This document shows, one piece after another, positions 13,010 through 22,611 of a stretch of DNA of 64,000 bases. The notes beneath the pieces were generated by a model that did not search any database, was not told the origin of the DNA, and saw only the letters and a program-made list of their open reading frames with translations. Positions within the stretch are counted from its first letter, which is position 1, and each line of letters opens with the position of its first letter. Position numbers and translations under genes: made by a program. This DNA is from Marinobacter sp. (GTDB taxonomy: Bacteria > Pseudomonadota > Gammaproteobacteria > Pseudomonadales > Oleiphilaceae): contig JABURI010000152.1 in NCBI GenBank assembly GCA_014762755.1, positions 592 to 64,591 of the forward strand, read 5' to 3'.

Positions 13010-13188
13010 GTGAAGGTGGGGTCAGATGAAAGCGTTCAACTGACCCCGGGTTTGCGGGGAGCTGAAGAAGTTGGCCTGAAGATGGGGTCAGATGAAGGCT
13101 TTCATCTGACCCCTGGGTTCGCGGGGATCTGACGAGGCTGGTCTGAAGTTGGGGTCAGAAGAAAGCTTTCTTCTGACCCCGTTTTCAC
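13010..13188. repeat. Three-unit REP/BIME-like tandem of 30-bp palindromes
   Basis: Palindromes at 13018-13047, 13084-13113 and 13151-13180, separated by 36- and 37-bp linkers that resemble each other; lies between convergent genes. Confidence 0.9.
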
Positions 13189-13203
13189 CGCCGCCCTGCC
13201 CGC

Positions 13204-14646
13204 TCAGGTCAACAGCTGCCGATAATGCCGAGCCTTGGGCTCCATCTGCCGCTTCTCGAACTCACTCACCAGCAGCCGGCAGGCCTCCGAGGCCAACACC
13301 TCATCCCCCGTGGCCCGCAGGCGCTCGAAGGCTTTCTCTGCAGCCTTGAAGTTCTGCTGTTTCAGGCTGGTGAACAGTACCCGGTTGTGATCCTCGGCCG
13401 TCAGTGGCTGGTGATGCTCGCCCTTGCTGAGATACTCCTCCCAGATTTCAACCATCTGCTCCGGCTGTCGACGGCTGAGGGCGTCCTCCATCAGGTCCCG
13501 CGTCCGGGCCCGGTATTCCGGCAGGTCCGGCCTCAGTTTGGCCAGCTGATACAGGTGTTCCAGCAGGATCGGCCGGTCCGGGTAGTGTTGACGAAGGGCC
13601 TCGAACTGCCGGCGAGCCAGGTCAAATTCCATCCGGCCCAGGCTCGCCATGGCCTGGGCGTAACTGGTGGTAAACCGGGCATCCTCTTCGGCCTCCTCTG
13701 GCTCGAAGAATTCCTCCCGCACCTGCAGCCAGCTGCGCCCGAACAACCACACCAGGCCGGCCCCGGCCACCAGGCCGCCGGCGTGAGCCATGTAGGCAAT
13801 GCCCGTCGCGCCGGCGAACCAGTAATCATAGATTTCCTTGCCAAGCCACACCGGCAACATGGCCAGCGCCGGCGCCCGGAAATAGTTGAAGTACACGCCC
13901 AGGAAAAAGAAGAACCGGATCTTCTGCAGGCCGTAGATGGCCACATACATGCCCATCAGGCCGGAAATCGAGCCCGAGGCCCCCACCAGAGGGAGCGGGC
14001 TACCCGCGGAAAAGGCGGTGAATACCAGACCGGAAATGGCGCCGCAAACCAGGTAGGCGATCAGGAACCGCCCGGGACCCAGCGCCTTCTCCACCGTAAA
14101 ACCGAGCAAAAACAGGAACAGTAGGTTGCCGATGATGTGGCCCCAGCCTCCGTGCAGGAACTGGTAGGTGATCAAGGTATAGGGTTTGAGGTCGGCGGGC
14201 ACCAGGCCCAGCTGCTGGGCGCTGAGCTGGCTGATGAAGTCCTGTTCGATGGTGGACCGCTGATCCAGCCAATAAGCCCGCTCTGCCGGTGCCCAGAGAA
14301 TATCGCGGTTCTCGAGCAGATAGCGGTAGAACTCACGATCCATCATCAGGCTGATGGCAATCCAGAAGTCGGCGTTCTCCTCTCGCAGCTGCTGGAATTC
14401 CTGCAGGTCATAGACCCGCTGCTCCTCGCCCCGGAACTGGATTTGCCGTTGCAGGTAATCCTCATAGACAGGGGCTTCCAGCTCCTGGAGATCGTGGGAG
14501 AGATACTGCTCAACCGCCTGTTCGATCTTGCGGTTGTCGCCGCCCTGGTAGAACAGGAAGACCAGCAGGCAGGCGAACATCAGCCCCAGGGTAACCAGGG
14601 GCGGGCGTTTCCAGTTAACGGCGTTCTCGGCGGGGATAATCAGCAT
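13204..14646 (-). CDS. Rhomboid-family intramembrane serine protease with C-terminal TPR-like domain
   Basis: FLHGGWGHIIGN, catalytic GASG, AHAGG. Confidence 0.92.
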   Translation of the reverse strand: MLIIPAENAVNWKRPPLVTLGLMFACLLVFLFYQGGDNRKIEQAVEQYLSHDLQELEAPVYEDYLQRQIQFRGEEQRVYDLQEFQQLREENADFWIAISLMMDREFYRYLLENRDILWAPAERAYWLDQRSTIEQDFISQLSAQQLGLVPADLKPYTLITYQFLHGGWGHIIGNLLFLFLLGFTVEKALGPGRFLIAYLVCGAISGLVFTAFSAGSPLPLVGASGSISGLMGMYVAIYGLQKIRFFFFLGVYFNYFRAPALAMLPVWLGKEIYDYWFAGATGIAYMAHAGGLVAGAGLVWLFGRSWLQVREEFFEPEEAEEDARFTTSYAQAMASLGRMEFDLARRQFEALRQHYPDRPILLEHLYQLAKLRPDLPEYRARTRDLMEDALSRRQPEQMVEIWEEYLSKGEHHQPLTAEDHNRVLFTSLKQQNFKAAEKAFERLRATGDEVLASEACRLLVSEFEKRQMEPKARHYRQLLT

Positions 14647-14962
14647 CGGCGGTCACAATTCATCATATTCTGTCCCTGAAAACCTGCTTTTTTACCACAG
14701 CCCTGCCCGCATTTCCCGGTGTAATGGGTCTTATGGCGACGGTTACCACGGCTTAACCCGAGAAATGTGGACAGCCCCACAGATAGCGGGGCCGGTGCGA
14801 GACACTGTCACACCTGAGTCATATAAATGACATTAAATCGGTGGCAGCCAGAGGACGCACCGCGTCCTATCGACCTTTCGCCAATTGCCGTTATTCCTGC
14901 CACCACCAATAGTGGGTGGGAATAACAAGAAAAACCGGATACTGGAAGCAAGGATACTGCAC

Positions 14963-15403
14963 ATGACCGTACTCGTTTTGGACACCCCGGAACTGCTGGC
15001 CAAAGCGGCGCTGGCATCAGGTTTTACGGCGGCGATGACCACCCCTGCGGGACAACGACCTCACCGACTGAAATTTCATTTCGGTTTCAACAAACATGCC
15101 CTCGATTGCGATGACCTGGCGATCATCCGCCAGCACGCCACCTATCTCCGCCAATACCCGGGGTTAAAGGTACGAATCCACGGCCATGCCGATAACTTTG
15201 GCACCGAAGACTACAACCGGTTCCTGTCCCGGTTGCGTGCCAGCACCATCGCCCGGATCCTGATCCGGGAAGGCGTGGGCGAAAACCAGATCCAGTTGGC
15301 GCACTGGGGATCAACCCGGCCACTGGCGACCCTGGAGGATCACGCCGCGAACCGGCGGGTCGAACTGGAATACCTGACCCAGGAAATGGCCCAGGCCCTC
15401 TGA
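14963..15403 (+). CDS. OmpA C-terminal-like (peptidoglycan-binding-type) domain protein
   Basis: FHFGFNK, IHGHAD..G..YN..LS..RA, NRRVE; ATG 14963 has AAGGA upstream; no signal peptide visible. Confidence 0.85.
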   Translation: MTVLVLDTPELLAKAALASGFTAAMTTPAGQRPHRLKFHFGFNKHALDCDDLAIIRQHATYLRQYPGLKVRIHGHADNFGTEDYNRFLSRLRASTIARILIREGVGENQIQLAHWGSTRPLATLEDHAANRRVELEYLTQEMAQAL

Positions 15404-15428
15404 TCCGGCAAGTCGGTGCCACAACAGA

Positions 15429-15452
15429 AAACGGGGGTCCTGGCCCCCGTTT
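15429..15452. terminator. Probable bidirectional intrinsic terminator
   Basis: AAACGGGGG-TCCTGG-CCCCCGTTT between convergent genes. Confidence 0.7.
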
Positions 15453-15465
15453 GCGCTGCAGCGGA

Positions 15466-15876
15466 TCAGCCGCCGTAGACCTGCCAGACGTTCCAGAACA
15501 GCAACAGCGCTGCGACCAGAATCGCCAACCAGGTCAGGAGGATGCCAAACATGCGGGCCGGGTGCGGTCCACCCCGGCCATTGATCATGCCCCAGGCATG
15601 CAGGATACGCCCTACCACCAGGGCCATACCGGTCCAGTACACAAAACCGCTGGGCACACCATTGAGTTCCGCCAGCCCGAGCATCAACAAACCCAGGGGC
15701 GCATATTCCACCAGGTTGGCATGGGCACGAACCGCGGCCTCGAAATCCCGGTCATCGGTGACGCCCAGGCCCTTGCGATACTTGAGCCGGAACCTCACCA
15801 CCTGGGCCGAAAGCACCAGCAGGAGCAAACCGATTACAGCGGCGTAGACACCGGTTACCGGGACAATCATGCTCAA
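15466..15876 (-). CDS. MAPEG-family membrane protein (YecN-like)
   Basis: VRAHANLVEYAP, GRILHAWG; start may be 15870. Confidence 0.88.
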   Translation of the reverse strand: MSMIVPVTGVYAAVIGLLLLVLSAQVVRFRLKYRKGLGVTDDRDFEAAVRAHANLVEYAPLGLLMLGLAELNGVPSGFVYWTGMALVVGRILHAWGMINGRGGPHPARMFGILLTWLAILVAALLLFWNVWQVYGG

Positions 15877-16115
15877 CCCTTCTTGATCTTGTTAACAATA
15901 GCCAGTAGCAGAACGGCGCCCACAGTCGCTGTTACCAGACGGCCCACGGCGCCGTGGGCCGACAATTGCAGCAGCCCGAACAGAAAACCGCCAATGAACG
16001 AGCCGACAATACCGATACCGATGTTGGCCAGTACGCCGAAGCCGCGCCCCTTCATGATCAGCCCGGCCAGCCAGCCGGCAACGCCACCAATAATCAGAAA
16101 GTAAATCAGGTTCAT
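15873..16115 (-). CDS. GlsB/YeaQ/YmgE (transglycosylase-associated) small membrane protein
   Basis: IIGGVAGWLA..GIVGSFIGG..ATVGAVLLL. Confidence 0.9.
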   Translation of the reverse strand: MNLIYFLIIGGVAGWLAGLIMKGRGFGVLANIGIGIVGSFIGGFLFGLLQLSAHGAVGRLVTATVGAVLLLAIVNKIKKG

Positions 16116-16188
16116 CTCTCGCCTCTCCCTGAGGATGCTTCAAGAAACGGTCAGTCCACGCAAAGACTGCCCTGTTTCCTGCGGTGCT

Positions 16189-16914
16189 TCAAGCACTTCC
16201 GACGCTGGAAGCAGGCGTGATGGCGGCAATGGCTTCAGCCATCCGGGACCGGCATTGTTCGATCAGCTCGGGCACATCCTCGGGTCTGAGATCAGCGGTT
16301 TCGATCGGGGGCAGGATGCGGATGGCGACCGGCTCCCGCCGGCCGGATATACCGCAGGTCTTGTCAGCGTACTCACTGGCACAGACCATGGTGATCGGTG
16401 CGCCGGAAGCAATCGCCGCATGGAAGGCGCCTTTCTTGAAACTGCCCAGGCCCTTGCCATGGCTGCGGGTGCCCTCGGGGAACACCCACAAACTCTTGCG
16501 GTCGTGGGCGATGGTATCGCCCACGACCTGCATCGCCGCCACGGCTTTCCTGGAACGGGAACGGTTCAGGATGACATTGCCCCCGAGCCAGAACACCTGG
16601 CCAAAGAAAGGCAGCCAGACCAGGGAGGACTTGCCGACCGTCACGGTTCTGGGAGGCAGCAGATCACCCATGACGAAAAGGTCGTCGTTGTGCTGGTGGT
16701 TGGCTATCACCACAGTGGGACGATCCTGCGGCATGTTTTCCCTGCCTTCAATCGGGCGCTCCATTCCCAGGAAAAAACGACCGACCCGCGCCACCGTCCA
16801 CCCCAGCAAACGGTTGTTATCCGGATTGAACGGGCGGGCAAGGTACAGGACCAGCGCGAACAGGCAGATCAGCGGCACGCTCAGCCACGCCAACAGCTTT
16901 CTTAAAACACCCAT
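16189..16914 (-). CDS. plsC: 1-acyl-sn-glycerol-3-phosphate acyltransferase
   Basis: NHQHNDD (HX4D), FPEGTRS, FKKGAF. Start uncertain (16914 or 16926). Confidence 0.9.
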   Translation of the reverse strand: MGVLRKLLAWLSVPLICLFALVLYLARPFNPDNNRLLGWTVARVGRFFLGMERPIEGRENMPQDRPTVVIANHQHNDDLFVMGDLLPPRTVTVGKSSLVWLPFFGQVFWLGGNVILNRSRSRKAVAAMQVVGDTIAHDRKSLWVFPEGTRSHGKGLGSFKKGAFHAAIASGAPITMVCASEYADKTCGISGRREPVAIRILPPIETADLRPEDVPELIEQCRSRMAEAIAAITPASSVGSA

Positions 16915-16965
16915 GAAAAACGACATCTCTGTTGCAGAAATCTGGCGCACAAGTGTACGCCAAGG

Positions 16966-17568
16966 TCACAGGCCTGCAACAGTATCAATTTGTTCCAGCC
17001 GGTTAACCGGGGCCGGGATCTGGCGCCGGGCGGTTACCACGTATCGCAGCGGGCCGCCGGCGTCCAGGCTCTCGAAGGGGTAGCAGGTCACCAGTAACAG
17101 CGTGTCCGAAGACAGGCGCTGGGTGTCGATCTGCTCCCGCCGACTGTCCACCACCCGGGATGCCTCAACCTGATAGTTCTGCCACTGGCCATCCTGCCCC
17201 TGCAGGCGAATACGGCTTCCGGGTTCCAGTTCATCAAGTTGCCGGAAGTGAGTGTCCCGATGGCCGGCGATGATGACTGGCCCGCGGCGCGATTCCACGC
17301 CAGTCACCCTGCCCGGGCCAAAGGCCAGACTCTCACCGTGGGTGCCCTCCAGCACGATCATGGATCGATCCAGATCCGGCAGCGCCATCCTGGCCACCGG
17401 CCAGGTATCCGCCCAGGGCCAGGGCCGGGTTTCGGTCTGCCGGGCCTGGCTCTCGGCCCACGCCAGGGCCAACAATTCCTGGGCGACCACGGCCTTGATG
17501 GGAATCCATAGCCCGAACACCAGCAGGGTCGCGGATGAACTGAGCAGCAGCAACAGAATCCGGCTCAC
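16966..17568 (-). CDS. Marine proteobacterial (class GN) sortase
   Basis: N-terminal TM; PWPWADTWPVAR, IAGHRDTHF, LVTCYPF, LRY; overlaps the upstream target gene by 4 bp. Confidence 0.93.
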   Translation of the reverse strand: MSRILLLLLSSSATLLVFGLWIPIKAVVAQELLALAWAESQARQTETRPWPWADTWPVARMALPDLDRSMIVLEGTHGESLAFGPGRVTGVESRRGPVIIAGHRDTHFRQLDELEPGSRIRLQGQDGQWQNYQVEASRVVDSRREQIDTQRLSSDTLLLVTCYPFESLDAGGPLRYVVTARRQIPAPVNRLEQIDTVAGL

Positions 17569-19685
17569 AGGACTACCCTCCCGCGCAGGAGCACGATCGC
17601 TGCGCTGAACATCAGACCCACCAGTCCCAGGGCTATCAGCAGCGGTGACAGAGTCGCCGTCTGAGGATATCGCAACATTCCGGCTGACGTTCCGGCGGGC
17701 AACAGGGTTGGCACACTGTCGGCGACTAGCAGATCGTCGCCGGGGCGCACCGGTTTGCTGTCCACCGCCACGAAACTGGTAAACGGCGACATCAGGCTGT
17801 GGGCCATCGCCAGCCGGACAATCTGATCCTCATCCGGCTGTTTGCCCTGAACTTTGGCCCGGTCCAGCAGGCTGTCAATCTTCGCGCGGGCCCAACGCCG
17901 GTGAAGTCCGGTACCCCCGGCAGCCTGCCCGAGGTCCAGCGTCCGTTGCCAACGCTTGCCATCCGGCGCCAGGCCGGATACCGCCATCTGTCCCTCCGGT
18001 GCCACGCCGCGAACAACCTGGATCAGCGGCTCACCCCGGAACAGGTCGCCCGGGCGTTCCGGGAAGACTTCTTGCCCGGCCACAGGCCATCGGGTCTGAA
18101 GCCCGGTCAGCACTAGTGCCTCCATGGCCGCGAACAGGGCCTCCAGCGGACCGCCGAGATCCGTAGGGTTACTCACGGCGGTGTAGGTACCCCGTCCCCA
18201 ACGGGCGGCCTCCCGCATGAAGTGCATATTGGGAGCCGAGCCTATCCCGACGGTAAACAGTCGCTGGTCGCCCAACTGCTCGCGAATCTGCCGGAACAGC
18301 CCCGCCTCGTTACTGACGGCTCCGTCGGTGATAAACACCACCTGCCGCACCCGCGCGGCATCATCCGTTGCCTCACTGCCGGCCCCGCCGAGCGCCAGCG
18401 ACAAGGCTGACGCCATTTCGGTGCCACCCTCGGCCTGCAGCCGGTCAACATATCGACGGGCCCGGGCCAGGTTATTGCCATTGGCCGCCACCGGCGCCAT
18501 GAACAGGGCATGGGGTTGGGAATTGAACTGGATGACATTGAACCGGTCTTCCCCCGAGAGGGTATCGAGACCCCGGCCGAGTGCCAGTCTCGCCTGACGT
18601 ATCGATTCGCCGGCCATGGAACCGGAGGTGTCGATCACAAAAATCAGGTCCCGGGGCAAAACCTGATCCGGCGTGACGCCCGGCAATATCATGGCCATCA
18701 GGAAGTCCTCACCGCCGAACTGTTCGTGGAAGACAGCCGCCACCGGCTCTCTCCCGCGAACCGGGCGCCAGCGCAGGACAAAATCCCGGTTCATCAGCAC
18801 TGCCCCTGCCGAGGGCGACACATGAACCTGCTGGCCATCGACTCTGGTTTCCAGGTCGTGGCCGGGACTGGTGACGTCCGCCAGCGGCAAGCCGGCATTG
18901 AGCGACACGCTGATCCGCACCCGGTGGCTGTCGGCGGCGACATCCTCCGGTTGCACCGTGAATGGACTGATCGCAGCGGCATCCGGCACTTCCCGGGTGG
19001 CGATGGCCCACCCCTTGTTCCAGGCAGAGGCTTCGCCGGACGGCCGCAGAGGCCCTGGCATGTATCGGGGGGTCAACGTGGTGGGCAGTCGCAACGAGAA
19101 CTGGCCGTCCCGGTAGTCCACCGGTTGCTGATAGCGCAACTCGATGGTGATGTCTTCCCCGGGCGGGATATTGGCTACCCGGGAAGTGAACAGATTGGGG
19201 CGCTGCTGCTCCACGGTCGCAGCCTGCCGACCGCTGTCCCGGGCCTCGGCGTACTCCTGGCGGGCCTGCTCTTTCGGGCGCACTTTGCCGGTAATCGTGC
19301 GCTCCCCCACCGTCATGGTCAGGGCATAAACACTGGCCTCCTCCGGCAGCGGGAACACGAAGACACCTTCGCGCCAGTCGTCACTGGTGTTGCGGAAACG
19401 CCGGGTGAGGCGGCTATCGGCAATCAGTCCGCTGACCGTGACATCAAAATCACTTTCAAGTACCAGCGCAGGCTCCTGCCAGTCCCCCCGGCCGTCAGTA
19501 AAATGCAGCAACCCCGGCTGGACTTCATCAGCCACGTTTGCCTCGGCGTACAGGGGCTGAACGAAAAGGAGCAACAGAAACGCCAGCCAGAGGGTCACGC
19601 CCTCCATGAACCGGCGCAGCCGGGCCCGGTTTGCAGGTTTGGCCGGCACTGAAAGTCTCAGCAGCGTTGTTGATAGCATCATCAC
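17565..19685 (-). CDS. Marine proteobacterial sortase target (VIT + vWA, C-terminal YPQTAT + TM + basic residues)
   Basis: VIT-like EGVFVFPLP..EQQRPNLFT; MIDAS DTSGSM, GGTEM, FITDG; tail RYPQTAT-LSPLLIALGLVGLMFSAAIVLL-RGR. Confidence 0.92.
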   Translation of the reverse strand: MMMLSTTLLRLSVPAKPANRARLRRFMEGVTLWLAFLLLLFVQPLYAEANVADEVQPGLLHFTDGRGDWQEPALVLESDFDVTVSGLIADSRLTRRFRNTSDDWREGVFVFPLPEEASVYALTMTVGERTITGKVRPKEQARQEYAEARDSGRQAATVEQQRPNLFTSRVANIPPGEDITIELRYQQPVDYRDGQFSLRLPTTLTPRYMPGPLRPSGEASAWNKGWAIATREVPDAAAISPFTVQPEDVAADSHRVRISVSLNAGLPLADVTSPGHDLETRVDGQQVHVSPSAGAVLMNRDFVLRWRPVRGREPVAAVFHEQFGGEDFLMAMILPGVTPDQVLPRDLIFVIDTSGSMAGESIRQARLALGRGLDTLSGEDRFNVIQFNSQPHALFMAPVAANGNNLARARRYVDRLQAEGGTEMASALSLALGGAGSEATDDAARVRQVVFITDGAVSNEAGLFRQIREQLGDQRLFTVGIGSAPNMHFMREAARWGRGTYTAVSNPTDLGGPLEALFAAMEALVLTGLQTRWPVAGQEVFPERPGDLFRGEPLIQVVRGVAPEGQMAVSGLAPDGKRWQRTLDLGQAAGGTGLHRRWARAKIDSLLDRAKVQGKQPDEDQIVRLAMAHSLMSPFTSFVAVDSKPVRPGDDLLVADSVPTLLPAGTSAGMLRYPQTATLSPLLIALGLVGLMFSAAIVLLRGRVVL

Positions 19686-19864
19686 AAGGTCCTTTCCTGA
19701 TCAAGTCCGTGGATGACTGCTATTTCACCAATCCGAAAGGTGCAGGCCGTGGCAGAGTGCGACAATACGCCGGCAAATAATGATCAATTGTGGCAACGGG
19801 ATCCTGGACCTTGTCCTGACCGGTTGCCATGGTTAAATAGGGACTCCATTCAGGCAACCGGTCG

Positions 19865-20572
19865 ATGACCATGAAGAAACACCTTGTGCTGATCGAAGAC
19901 GAACCCGCCATCCGGGACAATTACCGGGCCGCCTTCGAGCGCCGTGGCTACCGGGTCTCGGCCTACGGCGACCGGGCTTCGGCCTACCGGGCACTGCAGC
20001 AGGAATTGCCGGATCTTGCCATCATCGATGTCGGGCTCGGTGACGAGCCGGAGGGCGGCTTCCTGCTGTGCCAGGATCTTCGGCAACTGTCGATGACCCT
20101 GCCGATCATCTTCCTGACCGCCCGGGACAGCGACATCGACACCGTTCATGGCCTGCGCCTGGGGGCCGATGACTACGTCACCAAGGACATGAGCATCGAC
20201 CATCTGCTGGCCCGGATCACCGCACTACTGCGCCGGGCCGATGCGTGGGCTGAGGCGCTGCAGAAACCGGACGAACTGCTCCGACGCGGCCGTCTCGCCC
20301 TCAACGTGGACCGGATGACCGTGGCCTGGAACGACCGACCCATTGACCTGACCGTGACCGAATTCTGGATGCTGCACTCGCTGGTCCGCCACCCCGGTCA
20401 CGTCCGCAGCCGGGATCAGTTGATGGAAGCTGCGAGCACCGTGCTCGATGACAACACCGTGACCTCCCACATCAAGCGTATCCGCCGCAAATTCCAACAG
20501 GTGGACGACCGCTTCGACGGCATCCAGACCGCCTACGGTATGGGCTATCGCTGGAACGCCCATGAGGTCTGA
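19865..20572 (+). CDS. pdsR: OmpR-family response regulator of the proteobacterial dedicated sortase system
   Basis: IEDE..IRDNY, IIDVGLGDEPEGGF, FLTARD, TVTSHIKRIRRKF, YGMGYRW; divergent from the sortase target. Confidence 0.85.
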   Translation: MTMKKHLVLIEDEPAIRDNYRAAFERRGYRVSAYGDRASAYRALQQELPDLAIIDVGLGDEPEGGFLLCQDLRQLSMTLPIIFLTARDSDIDTVHGLRLGADDYVTKDMSIDHLLARITALLRRADAWAEALQKPDELLRRGRLALNVDRMTVAWNDRPIDLTVTEFWMLHSLVRHPGHVRSRDQLMEAASTVLDDNTVTSHIKRIRRKFQQVDDRFDGIQTAYGMGYRWNAHEV

Positions 20573-20575
20573 TCC

Positions 20576-22597
20576 TTGAGCCTCAAACGCCAGCTCCTTG
20601 TTGCCAGCCTGCTGATGCTACTCATTCCCTGGGCGGGCCTGAAATTCGTGCTCGAACTGGACACAGCGCTGCGGGAGCAGGCACTACAGCAACTGGACTC
20701 CCGCGCCGGTCAGTTGGCCGAGCTGGCCGGAGACCGGCTGCTGGGCGAACCGGCCATCCCCGCCGAAACGCCGGTGATCTACGTCGCGCCCCTGGCCCAA
20801 CCGTTCACACCCGACGGCTACGGTTCCGAATGGCCCGGCTACGATGACACTGAAGCTTCCCAGCCCTGGCAAGCGACCCGGACCGACGACGGCCTGCAAC
20901 TCCGGTGGCAGGCTGCCAGCAACGGCCAGTACCTTTATCTGTTGATACGACTGAGCGGGCGCCAGTCCAGCTTCTTCAGCCCCTCCGACCCCGGGCAGCC
21001 CCATGATTACCTGAAACTCTGGCTGCAGGCGCCGGCCACCGCCGTGGACCAGACACCGGCCCGACAGGCCTGGTTGATTCGTCCATCGGCGCCCGGCGAG
21101 CTCTATGCCCAGACCGATAGCCCGGAGCCCCGTCCGGACTACCGTATTAAAGGGGCATGGCAGGAGCACGGCGAAGGATGGCAGGTGGAGCTTCAGTTAC
21201 CGCAGCCACCGGAAAACAGTCGGCTGGGTTTTGCCGCGTACCGGGAGGGAGATGCCCCACTGGCAACCACGCTCGAACCGCTACCCATACTGGTCGGGAC
21301 AAGAGCAGCACTGGAACGCCGCCTCGAGCAACAACTCGATCCCGGCCAACAGGTCCGCATCGTCGAGCCGGCTGGCTGGGTGATTGCCGAAGCGCGCAAG
21401 CCCGGCAGTGACTCATCTCCGGCCTTCGACAGCCTGAGCCCCGTGCAGGTGCTGGAACAGATCAGTCTCAACATGTTGCGTTACCTGGTCCAGCTCTACC
21501 AGCCGGAGCCCGGGCTCCTCCCCGACCAGGCGCGCCAGCTGGACACCCGTTCCCTGCCGGAACAGGGGCTTTTCCAGCATCCGGACGACAGCCGCTGGCT
21601 GCTGGTCACCAAGCCGGTTTTCGGGGAACGGATCCTGATTCTGGAACAGTCCCTGGACCAGTTGCTGACGCTGTCCGGCTCCACCCTGGGTTCGGTGATT
21701 GCCCGCAGCACCCTGATCATCGTGGCCCTAACACTAGTGCTGCTCGGCTACGCCAGCTGGTTGTCCTGGCGCATTGCCCGCCTGCAGCGACTGGTGAGTG
21801 CCACCGTGGACGAGGACGGCCGGATCACCGGCACCCTGCCCTCGGCCGCCAGCCGCGATGAACTGGGCCAGCTGCAGGCACACTTCGCCCAGATGGTGGA
21901 ACGGCTGCACGGTTATAACCGCTACCTGGAGAGCTTTTCCCGGCGCCTGTCCCATGAGCTGAAGACTCCGGTTGCCATCGTGCGCTCGTCCCTGGAGAAC
22001 CTGGCCCACGCCCGATCCGAAGCGGAGCGTCAGCAGTATCTGGAACGCGCTTCAACCGCCACGGAACGGCTGCGCCAGATCCTCCACGGCATGAGCGAGG
22101 CGGCCCGGCTGGAACAGAGCTTCGACCAGGCCGACAAGGAACCCTTCGACCTGGCGGAAGTCGCAGCCGGCGCCACCGCCGCTTACCAGGGCCTCGACGA
22201 CGGGCACGAAATCCGGTACGTCGGCCCGGAACACGCCTGTCACCTGACCGGTTCCCCCGAGCATATGGTGCAACTGCTGGACAAGCTGGTTGACAACGCC
22301 CGGGACTTCACCCCCGAGCACGGGCTGATCGAGGTCGCCCTGATACAACACCCGGAATCTCTGGAACTGTCCGTATTCAACGAGGGCTCGGCCCTGCCCG
22401 AGGATGGCTCCGCCGACATCTTCGGCGCCTTCGTGTCCCATCGGGAGGGCAGCGGGGAGGGGCACCTGGGCCAGGGTCTGCTGATCGTGCGACTGATTGC
22501 CGAGTACCATGGTGGCCGGGTGGAATCGGCCAATGAGACCCATGGTCCCATTGACGGGGTGCGTTTCCGGGTTATCATCCCGGTCAAGCCCAGATAA
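20576..22597 (+). CDS. pdsS: Sensor histidine kinase of the dedicated sortase system
   Basis: TM, large periplasmic domain, TM/HAMP, RLSHELKTPVAIVRSSLEN, QLLDKLVDNARDF, HLGQGL. Confidence 0.82.
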   Translation: MSLKRQLLVASLLMLLIPWAGLKFVLELDTALREQALQQLDSRAGQLAELAGDRLLGEPAIPAETPVIYVAPLAQPFTPDGYGSEWPGYDDTEASQPWQATRTDDGLQLRWQAASNGQYLYLLIRLSGRQSSFFSPSDPGQPHDYLKLWLQAPATAVDQTPARQAWLIRPSAPGELYAQTDSPEPRPDYRIKGAWQEHGEGWQVELQLPQPPENSRLGFAAYREGDAPLATTLEPLPILVGTRAALERRLEQQLDPGQQVRIVEPAGWVIAEARKPGSDSSPAFDSLSPVQVLEQISLNMLRYLVQLYQPEPGLLPDQARQLDTRSLPEQGLFQHPDDSRWLLVTKPVFGERILILEQSLDQLLTLSGSTLGSVIARSTLIIVALTLVLLGYASWLSWRIARLQRLVSATVDEDGRITGTLPSAASRDELGQLQAHFAQMVERLHGYNRYLESFSRRLSHELKTPVAIVRSSLENLAHARSEAERQQYLERASTATERLRQILHGMSEAARLEQSFDQADKEPFDLAEVAAGATAAYQGLDDGHEIRYVGPEHACHLTGSPEHMVQLLDKLVDNARDFTPEHGLIEVALIQHPESLELSVFNEGSALPEDGSADIFGAFVSHREGSGEGHLGQGLLIVRLIAEYHGGRVESANETHGPIDGVRFRVIIPVKPR

Positions 22598-22611
22598 GCC
22601 CGGATTCTGCT

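Noticed and set aside
13018-13180. Mini CRISPR array (30-bp palindromic repeats, 36/37-bp spacers)
   Set aside because: The two spacers resemble each other, the same repeat occurs at 6572-6658, and there is no leader or cas gene; this is a REP/BIME tandem.
13204-14646. Rhombosortase partner of the sortase locus
   Set aside because: Much longer than rhombosortases, with extra domains, and no GlyGly-CTERM tail was noticed in the window.
19749-19796. Roughly 10-11-bp periodic GGCA/GACA motifs as PdsR binding repeats
   Set aside because: Too short and degenerate to support without comparative footprinting.
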